Made by a program: the position numbers and the translations under genes. From Dehalococcoidia bacterium (GTDB lineage Bacteria > Chloroflexota > Dehalococcoidia > Bin125): a stretch of DNA of 64,000 nucleotides. The DNA lies in contig OZ244584.1 of NCBI GenBank assembly GCA_965218115.1, positions 2,560,012 through 2,624,011 on the forward strand, given 5' to 3'. The notes beneath the pieces were generated by a model, which saw nothing but the letters and a program-made list of their open reading frames with translations, was not told the origin of the DNA and searched no databases. Shown here piece by piece: positions 58,455-64,000 of this stretch. How positions within the stretch are numbered: position 1 is the first letter of the stretch; each line of letters starts with the position of its first letter.

Positions 58455-58481
58455 CCGCTGACCACTCAATGTGGTCAGCGG
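58455..58481. other. Perfect 11-bp hairpin downstream of the thioesterase gene
   Basis: ccgctgaccac-tcaat-gtggtcagcgg; no U-tract. Confidence 0.5.
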
Positions 58482-58491
58482 GGGGGAGCAG

Positions 58492-58917
58492 TTACTCGGG
58501 GGGCAGAATCACGTACGTGCCGTTGCCGTGGCCGATGTGCCGGTCGCGCGCGTCGTAGAGGTCCACCGAGCAATGGCTGAGCGTGCGCCCGCGGCGAATC
58601 ACCTCCGCGCGCGCACGGATCGTGTCGCCCTCGAGCCCGCGCAGCCAGCGGAACTCCGACTGCGCCGTGATCACCCGCTCGCCCTCGGCCTGGACCGTGC
58701 CCAGCGCGCCGCCCATCGCCGAATCGGCCACCAGCAGCCAGACCCCGCCGTGCACGATGCCGTACAGATTGTGGGTGCGGTCCGTCGCGGTCAGGGTGAT
58801 TTCGCACCAGCCGTCGCCGGCGTCGGTGAAGCGGTAGCCGAGGTCGCCGAACAGGGCGACGGCCTGCATGTCGCGCAGCGCCGGATAGCGTTCCAGGATG
58901 TCGTTGGTGCTGGCCAA
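58492..58917 (-). CDS. PaaI family thioesterase
   Basis: [24 protein letters not shown]; start uncertain. Confidence 0.88.
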   Translation of the reverse strand: MASTNDILERYPALRDMQAVALFGDLGYRFTDAGDGWCEITLTATDRTHNLYGIVHGGVWLLVADSAMGGALGTVQAEGERVITAQSEFRWLRGLEGDTIRARAEVIRRGRTLSHCSVDLYDARDRHIGHGNGTYVILPPE

Positions 58918-58922
58918 TGCGA

Positions 58923-59396
58923 CTACCCGAGCGTCCGCTGGATCGTGTCGCGGTGCTCCTCGAAGTGCTCGCGCATGAAGCGAAACGAATCGCGCACGGT
59001 GTAGTGCTGGCCGCGCACCATCGCGCCGCGGCTCCACTCCGCGTCCTGCACCGACTCGATCACCTGCACGGCGCGCTGGTGTCCCTTGTTGTACCGCTCA
59101 ACGACCGTCCGTTGGGTCGCGTTACGGCCGAGGAAGCGGAATAGCACCGCACTCACGGGGTCCATCAGCTTCAGGATCGGCGCGGGCGGGTTGGAGCCCT
59201 TGCCCAGCCGGAGTCGATCGGCCGTACGCGCCATCGGCCCCATCGCGGCGGCCATGTGGACGCACAGCGCAGCGTTGGACCAGGCCTGCCCCGGCGCGCG
59301 CTTCCTCCAGTCCTCCGGACTGATGCTCGCGACCAGATCCCGGTAGTCAGCGCGCGTCGTCTCCAGCAGCGTTCGTAGCTCGGTTTTGTCACTCAT
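58923..59396 (-). CDS. DinB/MDMPI superfamily protein
   Basis: WSNAALCVH..HFEEH metal-binding pattern. Confidence 0.8.
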   Translation of the reverse strand: MSDKTELRTLLETTRADYRDLVASISPEDWRKRAPGQAWSNAALCVHMAAAMGPMARTADRLRLGKGSNPPAPILKLMDPVSAVLFRFLGRNATQRTVVERYNKGHQRAVQVIESVQDAEWSRGAMVRGQHYTVRDSFRFMREHFEEHRDTIQRTLG

Positions 59397-59417
59397 GCTG
59401 TCCTCGCAGACGCGGCC

Positions 59418-59804
59418 TCAGATGCCGCTGTACCAATCGTGAATCGCCGCGCCGATCTCGTGCGGCGAATCTTCCTGAACGAAGTGGCTGCCGGGCACGG
59501 TGACCTCGGTCTGGTTCGGCCAGGTGCGGCAGAATTCGGGCTGAGCGTCGTTCAGAATCGCCCCCGGCTCGGCCTGCACCGTGCCCAGCGCGCCGCCCGT
59601 CGCCGAGTCGGCGACCAGTAGCCAGACCCCCCCGTGAACGATGCCGTACAGGTTGTGGGTCTTCGCTGAGGCGGTCAGGGTGATTTCGCACCAGCCATCG
59701 CCGGCGTCGGTGAAGCGATAGCCGAGCTCCTGGAAGAGCGCGACCGCCTCCATGTCGCGCAGCGGCGGGTAGCGCGCGAAGATTTCTGCGGAGTTCAGCG
59801 CCAT
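59418..59804 (-). pseudogene. Chimeric ORF: PaaI N-terminus fused to haloalkane dehalogenase C-terminus
   Basis: The first ~79 aa match 58492..58917; the last ~50 aa match the end of 60312..61184. Confidence 0.9.
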
Positions 59805-59819
59805 CTGCGTGTTGCGCGC

Positions 59820-60296
59820 TTAGTCGCGGCGCACTTCAGCGGTGTGCTCGGCGATGTGCCCGCCGAGAAAGCCAAACGCGCTGCCGACGGTCATCGGTTT
59901 GCCCAGGAAGACGCCGCCGTTGCCCCACTCATCGTCGCCGACAGTATCGATCACCCCCTGCGTGACCGCGAAGCCCTCGTCGAAGAAGGCGAGCACTGAT
60001 TCCGGCGTCGCGCCCCGTGAGCGGATGCGGACCAACCATAAGCTGAGCAGATTCAAGGCCGCCATCAGCGGAGCGGGCGGGTTCATGCTCTTGTTCTTGC
60101 GCAGCCGCGAGACACGGAGGGTTCCGCCCCCCGCCCCTAAGGCGATGTGCCAACAGAGCTGACCGTTTGTCCAGCCGGCGTTGTCGCTCTGACGATCCCA
60201 TTCCTCTCCGGACAGCCCTAAGACAAGTTCGCGGAACTCCTCCCGCGCTTGCGCCAACGCGGCGCGAGCTTCGTCGGCATTTGCGATTTCGGACAT
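59820..60296 (-). CDS. DinB/MDMPI superfamily protein (paralogue)
   Basis: WTNGQLCWH..HIAEH; NPPAP shared with 58923..59396. Confidence 0.8.
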   Translation of the reverse strand: MSEIANADEARAALAQAREEFRELVLGLSGEEWDRQSDNAGWTNGQLCWHIALGAGGGTLRVSRLRKNKSMNPPAPLMAALNLLSLWLVRIRSRGATPESVLAFFDEGFAVTQGVIDTVGDDEWGNGGVFLGKPMTVGSAFGFLGGHIAEHTAEVRRD

Positions 60297-60311
60297 ATCG
60301 TCCCGTCCTAA

Positions 60312-61184
60312 CTAGATCCCGGCGTACCAATCCCGGATCGCTTCGCCGATCTCGTGCGGCGAATCTTCCTGAACGAAGTGGCTGCCCGGCGCCGAGACCT
60401 CAGTCTGATTCGGCCACGCGCGGCAGAACTCCAGCTGCGCGCCGTTCAGAATCGCGCCCGGCTCGGCCTTCACCAGCAGCTTCGGCACGGCACTCTCGTG
60501 CAGCCAGTCGGCGTAGGCCTGCACGATCTCCACGACATCCGCCGGCTCCCCGTCGATCGGAAGCTCGCGCGGCCAGGTCAACGTCGGCCGCCGACTCTCG
60601 CCCGGCTCGCGATACGGCAGTCGATAGGTCTCCATGGTGTCGGAGATGTCGCGGATGCAGCTGCCGGGCAAGACGCGCTCGACGAAGACGTTCTTTTCCA
60701 GCACCATCTCCTCGCCGGCCTCGGAGCGGAAGCCCTGGAAGATGCGTGCGGCGGCGGCGGGCCACTCCTCCCAGCTGACGGGGCGCACGATCGCTTCCAT
60801 GTAGACCAGTCCCTTGACCCGTTCGGGATGGCGCCGCGCCCAGTGGAAGCCGAGCGCGGAGCCCCAGTCGTGGATCACAAACGTGAGGTTGTCGCCGAGG
60901 TCCATGCCTTCGATCCAGGCGTCGAGCCAGGCGGCGTGGTCGACGAAGCGGTAGGAGCCCGATGGCGAGGAGCCCGACTGCCCCATGCCGATCAGGTCCG
61001 GCGCCAGGCAACGGGCGATCTCGGTGCAGTGCGGGATGATGTTGCGCCAGAGGTACGAGGACGTCGGATTCCCGTGCAGGAAGATGATCGGGTCGCCCGC
61101 GCCCTCGTCAACGTAGGCCATCGTCGTCTCGCCGATGGTCAGGCGCTTGCGCGGAAACGTGTCGTCAGGAGAGATGTCGGGCAT
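60312..61184 (-). CDS. dhaA: Haloalkane dehalogenase (HLD-II type)
   Basis: HGNPTSSYLWRN, HDWGSALG, YMEAI, TWPR, HFVQED. Confidence 0.93.
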   Translation of the reverse strand: MPDISPDDTFPRKRLTIGETTMAYVDEGAGDPIIFLHGNPTSSYLWRNIIPHCTEIARCLAPDLIGMGQSGSSPSGSYRFVDHAAWLDAWIEGMDLGDNLTFVIHDWGSALGFHWARRHPERVKGLVYMEAIVRPVSWEEWPAAAARIFQGFRSEAGEEMVLEKNVFVERVLPGSCIRDISDTMETYRLPYREPGESRRPTLTWPRELPIDGEPADVVEIVQAYADWLHESAVPKLLVKAEPGAILNGAQLEFCRAWPNQTEVSAPGSHFVQEDSPHEIGEAIRDWYAGI

Positions 61185-61285
61185 GGTTGCGTAAACCTCT
61201 TGCTAGCCACTCAACGATGGCGCAGAGGCTAGCAGTGCAATGCGAGGCGATCGGGGCGACCTGGTGGCGTCTCACCTATCGCTGT

Positions 61286-61486
61286 CTATCGTCGAGGTCG
61301 TCCGATTGGGACGACTGACAGTTCCTTACAAATTTCCCTAGCCAAGATGTTCGAGACCTCGACGTGTCGGGGCACCACGGCTGTGTCCTTGCTGCTGCGG
61401 TTGGTCCAAATCGAATGACCTCGGCCCTCTCGCAAGAGCTCACACCCATGTCTCGAGAGGTGTCGGAGCAACACGCTCCGCTTCAT
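61286..61486 (-). CDS. hicA: HicA family toxin
   Basis: REGRGHSIW, VPRH, ICKEL. Confidence 0.88.
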   Translation of the reverse strand: MKRSVLLRHLSRHGCELLREGRGHSIWTNRSSKDTAVVPRHVEVSNILAREICKELSVVPIGRPRR

Positions 61487-61695
61487 CCAAGAACTAGTGT
61501 CTCGTGTTCAACCTCGCCAGGCCATTCCTCGTCCGCCGATTCAAGACGGCATTCCAGCAAGAGTTCGATCGCCTCAGTCAAACTCTCAAGCGCCTCTTGT
61601 TTCGTCCGTCCCTGTCCAAATGCTCCCGACACCTCAAGGCAGGAAGCGATATGCCATTCCTCATCAACTGCGCAAATCGCAGTAAAGGTCCTCAC
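61483..61695 (-). CDS. hicB: HicB family antitoxin (short form)
   Basis: GQGRTKQEALESLTEAI; 4-bp overlap with hicA. Confidence 0.88.
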   Translation of the reverse strand: MRTFTAICAVDEEWHIASCLEVSGAFGQGRTKQEALESLTEAIELLLECRLESADEEWPGEVEHETLVLG

Positions 61696-61784
61696 GATGA
61701 CTCCTCTTGGCGCTCCTTCTGATTCCATGAAATCAGTGACGGCTTAGCATAGCGCCGAGCCAGTGATTTGATCGGAGCTTGCCG

Positions 61785-62204
61785 ATGCCTGTCACCGGAT
61801 TCGATCACGCGGCGATCCCCGCCGGCGACCCCGAGGCGCTGATGCGCTTCTATCGCGCGCTGGGCTTCAGCGTCGTGGGCGAAGCTGACTGGCGCTCCGG
61901 CGCGATGCCCGCCTTCGCGCTCGCCGCGGGCGACCAGAAGATCAACGTGCACGACCCGAAGCTCTGGCAGAACGAGGAGTTCACGCTGCGCGGACCGACC
62001 GCGCAGCCGGGCTGCGGCGATTTTTGCTTCGTCTGGGAGGGCACGACGGAGGAGGCGTCGGCCGCGATCCTCGCCGCTGGCGGCGAGGTGATCGAAGGCC
62101 CGGCGACGCGCCAGGGCGGCCGCGGCGGCGGTCTCACCGACGGGACTTCGGTCTACACGCGCGACCCCGACGGCAATCTGGTCGAATTCATCGTCTACGA
62201 CTAA
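61785..62204 (+). CDS. VOC/glyoxalase family protein
   Basis: FDHAAI, KINVH, SVYTRDPDGNLVEF. Confidence 0.92.
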   Translation: MPVTGFDHAAIPAGDPEALMRFYRALGFSVVGEADWRSGAMPAFALAAGDQKINVHDPKLWQNEEFTLRGPTAQPGCGDFCFVWEGTTEEASAAILAAGGEVIEGPATRQGGRGGGLTDGTSVYTRDPDGNLVEFIVYD

Positions 62205-62278
62205 CCACGACTGACCACCCACTGACCACGACTGACCGCGACTCACCAGCCGATAACCACGCACAGGAGGCCTCGCCG

Positions 62279-62947
62279 ATGGAATTCTTCGAAACGCTCT
62301 TCTCCGCCCGAGCGATGCGGCGCTACTCCGACGAGCCAATCCCCGAGGACATCCTGCTCAAGCTGATCGAGGCCGCGCACGCCGGCCCCAGCGGCTCCAA
62401 CCGCCAGTCGCGCCACTGGATCGTCGTGCGCGACTCCGAGCAGAAGCAGCGCCTCGCCGACCTCAACCGCCGCTTCGTCTCGCGTTACCTCGAGGCTAAT
62501 CGCGACGCCGCCAACCCGCACGTGACGCCGGAGAAGCGCCAGCGCTTCCTCGCCGCCGTCGAGTACCAGATGGAGCACCTGCACGAGGTCCCCGCGATCG
62601 TGATCGCCTGCGCCGACATGGTCGTGACGCCGCAGGGCACGTTTGGCGAAGGCGTCCAGGCCGCCACGGAGGTCTGGGGCGCCGTGCAGAATCTGCTTCT
62701 CGCCGCGCGTGCGCTCGGCGTCGGCTCGGTGCCCACGACGCTCGGGCTGGTCGACCGCGACGCCGCGCGCGAAGTGCTCAACCTGCCCGACCACATTCTG
62801 CCGATGGTGCTGGTCCCGCTCGGCTGGCCGACGGGGAATTTCGGGCCGATCCGGCGGCGTCCACTGGAGGAAGTGCTGCACTGGGACCGCTACGACGCTG
62901 CGAGCGCCGAAGCCACTCCCGCTGTCGGAGCCTTCCGGCGCGACTGA
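62279..62947 (+). CDS. Nitroreductase family protein
   Basis: RAMRRY, GPSGSNRQ, QNLLLAARALGVG; aggagg RBS. Confidence 0.92.
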   Translation: MEFFETLFSARAMRRYSDEPIPEDILLKLIEAAHAGPSGSNRQSRHWIVVRDSEQKQRLADLNRRFVSRYLEANRDAANPHVTPEKRQRFLAAVEYQMEHLHEVPAIVIACADMVVTPQGTFGEGVQAATEVWGAVQNLLLAARALGVGSVPTTLGLVDRDAAREVLNLPDHILPMVLVPLGWPTGNFGPIRRRPLEEVLHWDRYDAASAEATPAVGAFRRD

Positions 62948-62960
62948 GAGGAGCCATCCG

Positions 62961-63851
62961 ATGTCCACCGCTACCGACGAGCTCACAATGCGCAGCGACA
63001 TCGGCCGCTACACCGTGGCCAACAGCTTCAGCGTCGACGCCCGCTCGATCACGGCCTTTGCATCCGGCGTGGGCGACTTCAACGAGTGCTACATGGACGA
63101 CGCCCGCGAGGGTGGGCTGATCGGGCATCCGGGGATGGTCTTCAGTTTCCAGTGGAACAGCCGCTTCACGCCCGATGTGCAGCTGCCGCTCGCGCTGGTC
63201 CGCCGCGGGGTGCACGCCTGGGTCGACACGCGCATCGAACGCCCGATTCGAGAGGGCGACGTGATCACCAGCCAGGGGCAGTCCGTCGCGGTGCGCCAGG
63301 TCAAGCCCGGCGTGCTCTCGACCCAGCGCTATGTCATGCGCGATTCCGCAGGCCGGGTCGTCGCCGTGATGGACAGCGGCGGGATCACCCGCGGCGCGCG
63401 CCTCGATGGCTCTGATCAGGAGATCCAGGTGGCCCCTGAGCTACCCCAACGCTCCGGCAGCGGCGACGACCCGGTGTGGTCCGTCGAAGTCCCGATCGAC
63501 CCGCAGGCGCCGCACATCTACACGGAGTGCGCGGACATCTGGAACCCGATTCATACCGAGCGACGGGTGGCGCTGGCGGCGGGACTGCCGGACATCATTC
63601 TGCATGGCAGCGCGAATATCACGATTGCGCTGCGCGAGGTGATCAACCGCAGTTTCGGCTCCGATCCCACCACCCTGCGTAGGTTTGCGGGGCAGTTCCG
63701 GGGGATGGTGATCCCGGGGCGTCCGGTGACGGTTCGGGCGATTGAGGTTCGGGACGAGGCCGATGAGACCATCGTGTTCTTCGAAATGCTCAACGACCAG
63801 GCCGAACTCGCCGTCGCGAACGGCGTCGCGGTCGCCGGCCGGCCTCACTGA
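62961..63851 (+). CDS. Double hot-dog MaoC-type (R)-hydratase
   Basis: RGVHA, YTECADIWNPIH, ILHG; aggag RBS. Confidence 0.88.
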   Translation: MSTATDELTMRSDIGRYTVANSFSVDARSITAFASGVGDFNECYMDDAREGGLIGHPGMVFSFQWNSRFTPDVQLPLALVRRGVHAWVDTRIERPIREGDVITSQGQSVAVRQVKPGVLSTQRYVMRDSAGRVVAVMDSGGITRGARLDGSDQEIQVAPELPQRSGSGDDPVWSVEVPIDPQAPHIYTECADIWNPIHTERRVALAAGLPDIILHGSANITIALREVINRSFGSDPTTLRRFAGQFRGMVIPGRPVTVRAIEVRDEADETIVFFEMLNDQAELAVANGVAVAGRPH

Positions 63852-64000
63852 GACCCACGCGCATCCAACCGTCGTTTCCGCACCCAAGTCGTCATTGCTA
63901 CGGACGGACACGTTTGCAAGGGGAACTACATCGTTGAGCCCGCCATAGCCAGTCGAGTAGCTACTCTGCCCCAGCCGTACGCAGATGCTCGCAGCCTGAG

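Overview
High-GC bacterial chromosome segment; gene style suggests Chloroflexota/Dehalococcoidia (inference). It mixes housekeeping genes (gltX with tRNA-Gln and tRNA-Glu, rluA, lspA, lgt, folPK, purFM, purQL, a split cytochrome b6-type Rieske complex) with many catabolic paralogues (SDRs, LLM, crotonase, CoA transferases, epoxide hydrolases, haloalkane dehalogenase). The main highlight is a sulfur amino-acid system. A Zn-ribbon 'threonine synthase' plus a NIL protein (14.6-16.1 kb) sit behind an unannotated 28-codon leader ORF with six Met codons that overlaps alternative RNA pairings. This suggests Met-sensing attenuation and a MetM-type homocysteine route. A CymR-like cluster (24.4-31.6 kb) carries cysH, cysK, a ubiquitin-like carrier fused to E1/MoeB, CysO, CysM, a rhodanese, an unknown protein, an MT-A70 methyltransferase and a JAB peptidase. 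Also present: several small ORFs missed by the track, a REP/CIR-like palindromic repeat family, an uncharacterised pair of multi-TM paralogues, and recombination scars (a PaaI-dehalogenase chimera, an internally deleted hydrolase-cyclase mini-gene, and DNA methyltransferase and DUF2335 pseudogenes). All calls come from motif recognition by eye; no database searches were run.
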